A stretch of 64,000 nt of DNA from Marsupella aquatica (lineage: Eukaryota; Plantae; Marchantiophyta): the NCBI GenBank assembly GCA_973895155.1, contig OZ316897.1, positions 18,758,457-18,822,456 of the forward strand, in the 5' to 3' direction. A model generated the notes under the pieces. It was not told the origin of the DNA. It did no database searches and saw nothing but the letters and a program-made list of their open reading frames with translations. Made by a program: the position numbers and the translations under genes. This document shows, one piece after another, positions 37,533-48,056 of the stretch (the first letter of the stretch is position 1; the number at the start of each line of letters is the position of its first letter).

Positions 37533-39004
37533 CCTTATTAGCCTGCTGCTCATCTAACAGTTTGCAACAATGTTGTCGTTAGGTTCAATTAATTTCAATT
37601 GAAATTGGCGACGAAATGTTCAAGCTAAGTGCCATTCTGTTCTTCACTAGAAGAAGGACAAATCCAGTAATCGAGCCCCGAGCACATGTCAGAACAGTTA
37701 AACAGCGGGAGCTTAAAAAAGTATATCAAAAAGTTCCTAAATGCTGCAGAGAAGTTTTCAATGGAAATGTATGTTGTAGCACCATTCTACAAGATTCGTT
37801 TCAATACAAAATTCTGTCGTAGCACTATTTTACAATAATGTTAATTCCTGCACCATTGCCACATTTTACACCTTCTACAAAAATTCAAAGGTTATTCAAT
37901 GAAACTATTCCAATTTGTTCTGCTGGATGTAAAGTAGATCACCGTGTACTTGGCGTTGGATTGATTGGAGTCCTTCGTCCACTACAAACTGAGCTTGATC
38001 GAGCACTCTGGGGTTCCTGATTTTGTGGAGTAATTTCTGAGCAGCATGGCGGATGTTCAAAGTGAATGATAATCTGCATTCTATGAGCTATTACGTGAGG
38101 GAACTTTCCAAAGCCTGATATTGACTCAATTTGTAGAAGCCAGGAAGATGAAACGGAAAGGAACTAATTGAAGCCACTGTCGATTCTAGTTCACTTCGCG
38201 ATTCAGAATCATGTCCATTCCGAATTTGATTAAATTCCTAGTCAACTCCAATTCCAGAGAGAAAGAGGACAGTCGGCCTCCCGACATTCACCAACTGAAC
38301 TGACTGCAAAATGGAGTATCATGCATATGGATTCCGATTCCAGGATTAGATCCAATTCAAATTCCAAATCCAAGTAGTTCCAGTTTGGACAAAAATGCAA
38401 TGAGTCTGACTGAGTGAAAAGGCGTTTGGTCTCACAATGGTATTTCGGTGAGTGATCAACCACTTCATAGTGTTTGCAGCTACAATAGCTGATGCCAAGC
38501 ACTCTGTCACCATAGATATTAGAAGCACAACTTTCTTGAATGCAAGATTGCATTCAGGCGTGTAACTTCATCGAAACATTGGGTTTCAAGACCCAATTCC
38601 AGGACCCTGTTTTTGTTTCACGGGGTAGCTAATCTGTACCAAACACTCTGCCAGTAAACGTGCTATGTTAAGTGTCAAGCATTTTCGTCTTTGTTCATCA
38701 TCCCTTGGAAAAATGTCAATATGACATTCCAGGACATTCAATGCCCACTCAAATCACAGGCCTCTTGATGTCGCACTCGAGAGAAGTTTTGTCGCCACAA
38801 AATTAGCATCCCTTCATCATTTGGAGCCAAGCAGGGGAACTTTGTAGCTCAATTTTGTTCCATATAGTTGTCAACGGGGAGACTGCAACAAGGGTTAGGT
38901 AGAGTAATCTATGTGGAGGAAAAGCTGGAACTGGCAGATCCAAAACTTCAGAACAATGAGGTTTCATTCATTTGGTATTATACAACTTCAACCTCCTTCA
39001 CTTA

Positions 39005-39465
39005 CTACAGTTGGAGAGTTACAGTAGTTTCACTATAGTAGCTCACTCATCTTACTAATAATTTGTTAAGGGAAGCTACTTGTAAGAAGGCCATAATTAG
39101 AGAAGGGAAGCTACTTTAGGTACTAGAGTTGGAGAGTTAGTTCACTCATGTAGTAGCCCACTCATCTTACTAATAATTGCTAAGGGAAGCTACTAATTGT
39201 AAGAAGGCCATAATTAGAGAACGGAAGCTACTTTAGGTACAACAGTTGGAGAGTTAGTTTCACTATAGTGTAGCTCACTCATCTTACTAATAATTTGCAA
39301 AGGGAAGCTACTGTCTTGTAAGAAGGCCATAAGTAGAGAAAGAAGCTACTTTAGGTACAGACTCCACTTGGCCAGTTAGTTTTACTATAGTAATTCACTC
39401 ATCTTACCAATAATCGCGAAGGGAGGCTACTTGTAAGGCCATGATTAGAGAAGGAAGCTACTCTT
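39005..39465. repeat. Tandem array, ~118-bp unit x4
   Basis: agttggagagttagtttcactatag..cactcatcttactaataat...agggaagctac...gtaagaaggccataattagagaa.ggaagctactttaggtac recurs four times. Confidence 0.9.
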
Positions 39466-39836
39466 GAGACCTACAGTCTAGAGTGAAGCTTTTCTAGACC
39501 TTAACTCCCAATACATACAAAACTGAGAATGAGTACCAATAAAGACAAAAGTAAAAATGAGGGTGGACAAAAATTGCGGATGTGAGCAATGATAACAAAA
39601 GTGACATCTAAAACTATAATCGGGACTATAATTAATAAGGGATCCCGCCTTTTTTAGTCATTTGTTCCAATACAAAAAGCTCTTGGGTGGGAAGGATCCA
39701 CAGCCATTGGATTCGTGTGATTGTTTTCCTGACCATTGATGGAGAAAATGGGCACCCCTGGTGCATATGTGCTTCCCCATGCTGCCCCATAAATTAAATG
39801 TCCCGGCCTGACTCCCGATGGACCGGCCCTCCTTTC

Positions 39837-39866
39837 ACCGTGCAACGCACGGGCATAGGGCTCGTT
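39837..39866 (+). mobile_element. Helitron-type 3' terminal hairpin (degenerate CTAG)
   Basis: ccgtgcaacgcacgg hairpin followed by gcatagggctcgt. Confidence 0.5.
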
Positions 39867-40514
39867 GACTCTACCTAATGGTGAAACTGAAATGAATGGT
39901 GGAAAAAAAAGGATGGGGCAAAGATGAATGAAAATTGCATAGAATAGTTTTTGTGCAAGATTTTTTTCTATAAATCTATGTCCATTCAAGTTACAGGTAA
40001 TTGGGCATTTAATGTAAACCAAATGTTCATTGTGGGTGAGGTTTGAATTAAGTTCTCCACGTGATAGCTCAACATGTCCTGTCATATCAAAGATCAAGTT
40101 GAGGAAGAGAGAGAAAAAATAGATTTCTCGCTAGCTCATCGGTTCACCATATAGGATCGTATTATATTTCTGCTTGTCACTTACATTTCATAGCAAGACT
40201 GTGAGCATTCTAGTGACAGACAATAAGATTTGATTGCATCATTTCAGCTGAGAAATAGACTGCGACCATTGAGCAATTAAGCGGATTCCAGAATGTTAAA
40301 AATTACTAGCATGACCTCGAGCATGACTCCTTCATGGTGACACTCAAAAGTTAGTAGTGGATGCAGGAGTGGATGGGAGTTCTGATTATCTCCTCCCCCC
40401 TGGTTTCCCACTTTGTGACCCTGATTTAATCCTCTCTCTCTCCTGGTGTAGGTCTGGACCCCTTGGGGCTCACCCTAAAATGAGTGTCCTGAAAATAATC
40501 TAACACTATCTCGG

Positions 40515-40800
40515 GGGTGTCACTATATGGATGCCTCTCCATCCCCTACGATGTTTTTAGGTCTCGGACCCCCTAAAATGTAAGAAAAAAATACAATTTC
40601 TAACCCCTATAAAGAATATTCCAATAATTTGGTTAGAAAGACTCTAATGTTTTTATAAGACAGTCTCAAAATTGAATTTAAAAGACTCTGTACAGTTCTT
40701 CTGCAAAATTTTTTAAGTCTTCCCTTCAAATTAATAAAACGACCCTATCCTTTGTCGCACATGATGTGCCATTTTTATGGAAGTGAAGCCCCCGAGAACA
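40515..40800 (+). repeat. Dispersed repeat family C
   Basis: ggaccccctaaaatgtaagaaaaaa...aacccctataaag...gtcgcacatgat.tgccattttt.tggaa.tgaa.cccc.gag is shared with 54040-54330. Confidence 0.85.
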
Positions 40801-41009
40801 CTATAATAGGCAATGCCGCCAATTTTGTCCTTCATCCCGTTACAAATTTCAATTTTGGCGGTAATCAATACTGACCAAATGTTAGATACACACATCGTAT
40901 TTTTTGTGCCCGTCCAATTCACTTGCCAGGGCTCTTGAATTGCCTTGCGTCGTCGTCGTTTGTGGTCGTCATTGTCAGAGCGAGAAGCGAATGCCATTGG
41001 GAACCCATG

Positions 41010-41500
41010 AAGATGGGCCCGATCGAGGCCCTATACTCTCAGGCCTAGTAATCAAGTGCCCCTTAAGCATCAAGAAGCCTATTAAGATGCATGGGAGCCC
41101 AAGACAAAGAAGGGTGAGGGCCCTTTGACATTCAGGTGCGAGCAGGGGCAAGGAGGGCCCAAAGCCCTATACGCGAGGCAGGAGGAGAGGTGAGGCATTG
41201 GGAGGGGGGGAGAGAGCTTTAAAATAATGCTCCCTCCCTTTGGGGGCACTTCATTACTGGGCCCGAGGCCCTATCCTGAAGGGGTGAGGAGGAGGTGCTA
41301 ACAGGGGCAAGGAGGGTCCGAGGCCCTATGCAGGAGGGGAGGAGAAGGGGACCAAGGAGGAGGTGGGGCTGGGCCAGGTCGGGATGTGGGGGTTTTGCTG
41401 GGCCGGGATAGACCGGGAGGGGCTGTGCTAGGAGTGATGCCGGGAGCTGCAGGGAAGGGCCGGCTTGGGCCAGGAGGTCATGGTCAGGTCTGGACGGGTT
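41010..41500 (+). repeat. GC/purine-rich low-complexity repeat (gggcccgaggccctat motifs)
   Basis: gggcc(c)..ggccctat recurs at ~41015, 41155, 41259 and 41314 within G-rich tracts. Confidence 0.5.
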
Positions 41501-41504
41501 ACTT

Positions 41505-41905
41505 GACAACGTCCTTCACATAACTACATCTTTGGTGAAACAACTTCATCATTCTTAACAACATCTTTCACATAACGACATATTCTGTGCAATACACGGG
41601 TATTGAGCTATTTTGAACTTAACAACATTGTTATATGTATGTACTTAACAAAACGTTTGGCATAAAGACATCATTGGCAACACGACCTCTATTTCTTCCA
41701 CAACCTGTTGGCCGAGATGACATCTTTTTCTCAACAACCTCTTGGCCGACACAACATCTTTTGTTCCCAACAACTTCTTGGTGGACACTACATCTTTTGT
41801 TCTCACCGACATCTTTTGTTCTCAATGACATCTTGGGCAACACGACATCTTTCTTCTCAACGACCCCGTCAACTACCTCTTGGTCGACACGACATCTTTT
41901 GTAAG
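41505..41905 (+). mobile_element. Helitron-like family A fragments
   Basis: ctgtgcaatacacgggtattgagcta 3'-end variant at ~41585-41610; ttggccgacacaacatctt repeats. Confidence 0.7.
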
Positions 41906-43064
41906 TTCTAAACGACCTCTACCCCTTAGTTTCTGATCACTTCTGGGTAATTCCCTGAAATGAACAAAATGCCATGGGATACAACTTAGTTTGCATGAGA
42001 TGTCATCCTTGGGCACAGGCTCCAAATAGTAACTGTAGTAAGTAATCAAATGTGAATGTCATCCTTGCCTGGGCACCTCCTTGAAGATGTGAATGTAGTA
42101 ACTAATCAAATATCCCATGTGAATTGTTTTTTTCGAGGACTGAGTTTGATTTATCATTCCATGAGCCTAAATAATGCCTAAGTATGCATTGCATGTAAAA
42201 TGTCAAGGATAGGGCAAGATGTTGAGCAAAGTTTTGAGGAGAGGCAAGGGAATGTAAGATCTAATGCAAGTGATCAAGGCAAGAGAATTGATTGAGGCAT
42301 GGCATGTGTTGTTGTGATGACATCATGGTCGATCATCCGATTGATGTGGCCATGGTGTCGGGCTGAGGCAAACAAATGCTGGGGAAACAAGGAAGCTATA
42401 GAGACATCTTATGAGTGGTGACGGCCAATCCATGTTGTCAAAGCCCATGATTGTGTTACGATATAAAATATTGCAATAAGTTGCAATAAAGTGTCTTGCT
42501 ATCACCTCCCCCTCCTTTTTCTCCTATTTCTTGTTGCACAAACTAAGATGTTGAGGTGACATAAAGAATGGCAAATGAGACAAATAAATATTGGTTATTG
42601 TTCAATCTAATAATGGGGTCATTTGTGGAGTCACTTTTTGTGGCTGAAAGATTGTAGTTGGATGGTTGTTGATATGCTTGGATTGGCAATCCAAGCACGA
42701 CCTTGTGCAGAGGGAATTTATTATAGTTTTTGTTAAAAAAAATTGAACTTTTGTTTTCATTTTGCATATGTTATTTTGTTTTAAAATTTTCAAAAGTCCA
42801 AGACTATATATCATGTTTTAAAACTGTGTAAAAATTTAGGTGCAGGAGGGAACTGTTTTTGACTGTTTTAATTTTTGTTTTAGCGTTCCTTCTCATCTCA
42901 TTTTACATAAATGAACATTTTTACATATTGTGTGTATATTCAAAAAATTAAAAACCCTCAAATTTATTTTCATTTTTAGAATTGAAAATTATCTAGGGCT
43001 ATCTTGCATGTGCTATCATCTTAAAAATTGCAGCCCTTACAACTCGTGAATTATCGGCAAAAAG

Positions 43065-43470
43065 CTACATACAAAATCTACTCACAATTGGATAACGCTG
43101 TATTTTGTTTAGACATATAAGATTGCAAGGTCGGGGACAGTAAGGGCAACTTTGCTGCCCTTTGCCCTTGAAAGTGCACTTGTTTAGCCCTGAGAACTGG
43201 CTCAAGAGGGGGTGCAATGGAGGAAAGTCTGGGTCAGTCCATGGTTCCACTTCATCACACCTAGAGCACTATTATTTCAGGACCCTCACATGCCCTTATT
43301 TTTAAGATCTTCAGTTGGGCAGGTGCAGAAAAGCACTGTTCTGAAGGACTGTGGACCGATGGTCGGAAATGAGTCTATGGGGAGTCTAAATCTTAGACTG
43401 AGTGCAAAGCGTGTAAATGGATTCACACTAGTCCATCCACAACCGGCCCTCAGATTTTTATAAGTCTGGA
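43065..43470 (-). mobile_element. Possible LINE ORF1 remnant
   Basis: MEPWTDPDFPP resembles the WxPDF motif of L1 ORF1; CPYC follows. Confidence 0.25.
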
Positions 43471-44817
43471 GATCGATGTCCGACATTATCATCCGCTTAA
43501 ACTCCACGTGCGGAATGATCTAGCTCGCCTTTTCGAGTGCTTTCATTCATATGGATCATCTAAGGTATAATGTTCTGCGTGATGTCTTCGATCAAGGATT
43601 TACAGTAGTTTTGCACTGGATGCATTCTATTCATTACGCGCGATCGGAATCCGAATATGTACGCCATGATACTGATCACAAAGCTCATGCTGCCGGAACT
43701 TCGTGCACCCTCACTCGGTAATCTTCCCCTGCCCCATATTTCATACGTTTCACGATTCAGGAGAGTGGATGTTGCGACGAAGGAGTACAAGTCCTGGCAG
43801 CTACAGTGGTCTCAGATTCTAATCTTGTTGAATGATCAGGCAGACAAAAACTGTAAATGGAGCTTGGTTGTAAGAACACCACAAGAGACTTCTCACTTTG
43901 TATCCATCTCTTGTGTACTCATTCTCGAATGTAGCTAATTCCACTCAGTCGGTCGATTGTGAGATGAAATCGGTCCCCAACTCGAGGCCTACTTTGTGTC
44001 CATTCCGTCTATGCAACGAATTAATATGTTAACAGTACACGCGGTTAACGAATAAAGTACAAATTACGGCGTAGCTGAAACCTCTGAGTCACGACTGCTT
44101 TCAGCTGAGTTTTGCTTATTAATTAAGCTCAACACAACGAGTGCCTCTTGTAACATGATCCGGGAAAGTAATCTCTGTCGTTAACTGATCGACAGATATT
44201 ACATTTCGACCATCAGGCTGTCAGGTAGCAAAGTCGGATCATTCAGTCAAGTTACTCAATTACCGACGATATTTTTTCTCAAACACCTCTCCCCATCGTA
44301 TTTTCTAGCAGCAAACGAAGTACCTCTCCCCATCCCTCCCCCGCTCCCCACCACACAACAAACCACCCTTCGGACAGCTCCTGTCAGTCAATTCAACTGT
44401 GCCGAAGAAAAACTGGCAACACATGAGTGCGGGATTTTGTTTTCTCCTTTCAAGTTTGTTAAAAGACCATGGGATTCCGAAGTACTCTAAATTCATCATA
44501 GAAAACATGCCATAGTAATATAAGTGTGATAAAAAGCATGCCATTATGTATTATCTGTTTCTGTATACATCACAGCTGGGCGCATAAATGAAAGTTTCCT
44601 TCAATGAGTGACCAAGTAAACGTTCTTACGCCAAACATTGCAAGTACCATAGCTTCTAGCTGTGCCCCTGATATAGCAAAACAAGAACAAAGTACATCCC
44701 ACCTCCTATTCGAACACCAACACCATGACGATAACTATAACCTTTAATTCGTGAACAAAGACCGAAAACAATCTCACAAAGCAGTCTGTAACATTCAGAT
44801 TTGAATTGTGTATCTGC

Positions 44818-46230
44818 TCAAAGTTGAACAGCACGAATGAAAGGAGAACGTAACCCTTGGAAGGAAAGGTTGTAATCCACCATGTTCCAATATATTGGTT
44901 CTCCCGGGGGTTCTCTGTCCTCCTCCTCAATAGGTTCTCTGTCCTCCTCCTCAATAGGTTCTTGGTCTTCGTGCGGAACAACCCCTCGCTGATGGAAACG
45001 AAGAAAGGATACATCCTCTCGGCAATTCTGAAACCAAGGACCACCTATTATGAAGACGTCGTCATCCAGTGCTTGGACTGCACGAATTCCGCTTGGATCG
45101 ATACCTCGGGAATATACTCCCAATCCAATTACATTCAATATTTCATGGAGAGCAGCCCATTCAACTGTTTCGAGATCAAAGCAAGAAAAATTTGTGCTCG
45201 AAATGGAAAAGAGTCGGCTATTTGCCATGAGCAATCTGGCATCAGAATGCCTTTCGTCAGGCCTGCTTGGATCTGCAGAAGATTCGTCGACATCGAGAAG
45301 CAATCTTCTCCATCTATCCTTTACAGGGTTATAAATCTCAACATGGTTTGCAGGGTATGTATAACACCATTCTGGAACAATCTGTGTTTCAAGAGTTTCA
45401 CCCAAATCTCTCGGCAGTCTTCTGAAATTTCTTTGCGACTTCCGAAAATTCCTTTCGAAAAAGCTTCCGCCGTACACGAAAAGTCTGCCATGCAGAATTG
45501 CAACATCATGACCTGTCCGCACGAATGGCATGGGCATAACCGCGGTCCAAGCATCTGCCTCCGGATCATACACCTCTGTTCCACGAACAGGTGCAAGACG
45601 AGAAGAACCACCGCATACGTAAATTTTCCCATCTACGATGCCCGATGCAAAATTCTGTCTAGCGGAATTCATGTTCGCACACTTTTTCCACTGCCTCTGT
45701 TCAGCCAGATTTAACATGTACACGTTCTTACTTCCAAGTTCAGTTCGAGGGTTCTTCAAACCTCCCAAGATATACAGTTTCCCATCCAATGCTATGCATT
45801 CGCACGACTGCGGGATTCCAGTCTTAACTAGTGGGATTGGAGGAAGCCTTTCACGACACCTAGGTTCGTTGCCTAAGGAATAGAGACTTATCCCAAAGAT
45901 ACCAGCAGAAAGAGTATGATTAATGACAGCAAGCGTCTCCGTTGAGTGGGAACGAGCTCTCGCAGCATACGTTTGACCAGTGTTAATCGCTCTACGCCAA
46001 GCGTGGCTCACTGATGAGGGAGCACGAAACGTGCTCCATGGCAACACGGTCCAGATTGGTTCCGAATCAAATTGGTCAGGAGAGGGTGGAAACTGTTCTC
46101 TAAAGATGGAGACTTTTTCAGGTCTCAAATACTTCTCCTGGCGTGCGATCTGGCGTACAATGTCCAACATCTTTCGCTCTAGCTTTCGCTTCCTCTCTTG
46201 TTCTGCTTTCGACCTCGCCCGTGTCATCAT
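44818..46230 (-). CDS. F-box/Kelch-repeat protein with a degenerate F-box, intronless
   Basis: Kelch repeats DGKLYILGG...WKKCANMNSARQNFASGIVDGKIYVCGG...EVYDPEADAWTAVMPMPFVRTGHDVAILHGRLFVYGG; F-box-like FPPSPDQ...IWTVLPWSTFRAPSSVSHAWRRAI. Confidence 0.85.
   Translation of the reverse strand: MMTRARSKAEQERKRKLERKMLDIVRQIARQEKYLRPEKVSIFREQFPPSPDQFDSEPIWTVLPWSTFRAPSSVSHAWRRAINTGQTYAARARSHSTETLAVINHTLSAGIFGISLYSLGNEPRCRERLPPIPLVKTGIPQSCECIALDGKLYILGGLKNPRTELGSKNVYMLNLAEQRQWKKCANMNSARQNFASGIVDGKIYVCGGSSRLAPVRGTEVYDPEADAWTAVMPMPFVRTGHDVAILHGRLFVYGGSFFERNFRKSQRNFRRLPRDLGETLETQIVPEWCYTYPANHVEIYNPVKDRWRRLLLDVDESSADPSRPDERHSDARLLMANSRLFSISSTNFSCFDLETVEWAALHEILNVIGLGVYSRGIDPSGIRAVQALDDDVFIIGGPWFQNCREDVSFLRFHQRGVVPHEDQEPIEEEDREPIEEEDREPPGEPIYWNMVDYNLSFQGLRSPFIRAVQL
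44909..44970 (-). repeat. In-frame 24-bp tandem repeat (EPIEEEDR) in the Kelch gene
   Basis: ggttctctgtcctcctcctcaata x2 plus a partial copy. Confidence 0.85.
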
Positions 46231-47760
46231 CTTCGACACTTAGGTGCAGCGTTCCCGAAGCCTTCTCTGAGCAATTGCCACGTACCCTACTGTATGACTA
46301 CCACTGCGACGATGGCTGCTTGCTCGATCGTGCACCTGAATGATTTTCACCGTGTAAGTTATTTCACCACGGAATGCGAATCCACTCGATCACACGTGCG
46401 GTCATCTCCCGCGTCGTACCTGCTGTGCACACGATAAACAAGCCGTAAACAATTAAAGACAAGTCGAAAACGGGGAATGCGTTGATCGAGTCGAATCCGT
46501 TTCAAATGTATGAAAACTAGCGAATTCATATTTGAGCTAACGATATTCTTGGCATGCCCCTATCGGGAAACCCTAATTAAGCTGGACCAAAGTTCCACGT
46601 TTCGAACTCCTCGCTATTCAATTCTGACCGTGACCAATGCAGCCAGAAGTCTGCGGTCGTCAGTTAAGTAGGAGGATGGAACCGGCAAGTCCCTACGTAC
46701 TGGGTCTAGCCACTTATGTAAAAAGCAAGTGCTTCCTAGAAGTACTGAAAGATCGTTTATGAATTCTGCACTTATCAAAGAAGAGCGCGTTAAACGGAAA
46801 TTTTAGTCAATTGCTTTGATCTTCAGAATATTAAGCAGGAGGACCCGATCGATTGCCAACAGTGGCTGTACTCTTACCGATCCGCAGACAATTTGCTACA
46901 AGGTGAACTAAAGTCTGATACGTTGTGCCAAATTAATTTGATCGCTCCTGAGAATACTGAACACTTAGGGGAATCGGGTACCGATACCCGATTGCCAGTT
47001 GACTGCAGCTGTATTCTCACCGATCTGCAAACAATTCGAGACGAGAAGGTAATGGTTAGTGCGTTGTCTCAAATTGCTCCGATCGTTGACGGCAAAGTTT
47101 GACTACGTACATCAGATTAGAAGAAAAGGAATAGAACTGGCATCGCTCCTGGACCAACAGATCAAAGCTAAATCAACAAAAAACTCGTGCTCTGAAAACT
47201 CGTGCTCAGAATGTCATGACGAAAAAAGCACACGCACAAATTGCACGAAGGCATTGGGGAATACAACACCGTGAAGATCCGAGCCAAGATCAGACCACAG
47301 AGTCAAAGCTCCAGAGCATGCGTCTCACCTCGTGTGTCGAGGATTGCAGACAAAACTTCACAAGGGAACTGTGCGCACTGCGAACCTTTTACAACCCCTA
47401 ATGAGTACATACAGTCTGCTGAGGGTATGCGCCTCATGGAAGGATGACAAATCGAGTATGATCCAAGGCACTGGCAGAGTCTACCCTCGACCTTCTGTTG
47501 GCTATAGCCCCTCATTCGTTCTAATTCTCTAGAGGGTGTATGTGGTCTGGACCCATTCTCCCGGCCAGCAAAGGTTTGCTGTAATTACGGAAGGGAGTAT
47601 ATTGCTTTGGTGACACCTTGGCATGCTGCGGCAAACACAGTTGTTCGGAAGCCCTGTTTGTTCCGCCAATCAAGTTGTAGAGCCACTTCGACTCGACTTC
47701 GGGGCCCACTATCTAACGCACATGCACGTACCAAACATACAACCTTTGCGTCATTAAGAG

Positions 47761-47838
47761 TGATGTTGATATCCATATATTCCGCTTTTGACTGAGATAT
47801 GATGTTGATATCCATATATTCCGCTTTTGACTGAGATA
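47761..47838. repeat. Exact 39-bp tandem duplication
   Basis: tgatgttgatatccatatattccgcttttgactgagata x2. Confidence 0.9.
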
Positions 47839-47958
47839 GGTATAGGTAGGATTGAGGCCAGGTCACATCCTTTACGAACAACAGATACAATGGATGGCAA
47901 AATTGATACACACAGGAGCAAAACTTGCCATGATCATCATATATAGAAGAAAACCCAC

Positions 47959-48056
47959 AGATGCGGGGTAAATTAACCTGGCTCTCCCGCACCCGCGTTT
48001 CTTGAGAGAAAGTGCAGGTGATCGAGAAGCCAGGTTAATATATTTACTTTGCTTCT
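47959..48056 (+). ncRNA. Long imperfect hairpin, candidate pre-miRNA
   Basis: attaacctggct-ctc..cacccgcgtttct / tgag loop / agaaagtgcaggtg..gagaagccaggttaat, extended by agatgcggggtaa pairing with ttactttgcttct through G:U. Confidence 0.4.

Noticed and set aside
44857-45714. 285-aa + strand ORF
   Set aside because: Antisense shadow of the Kelch CDS with no recognisable motif
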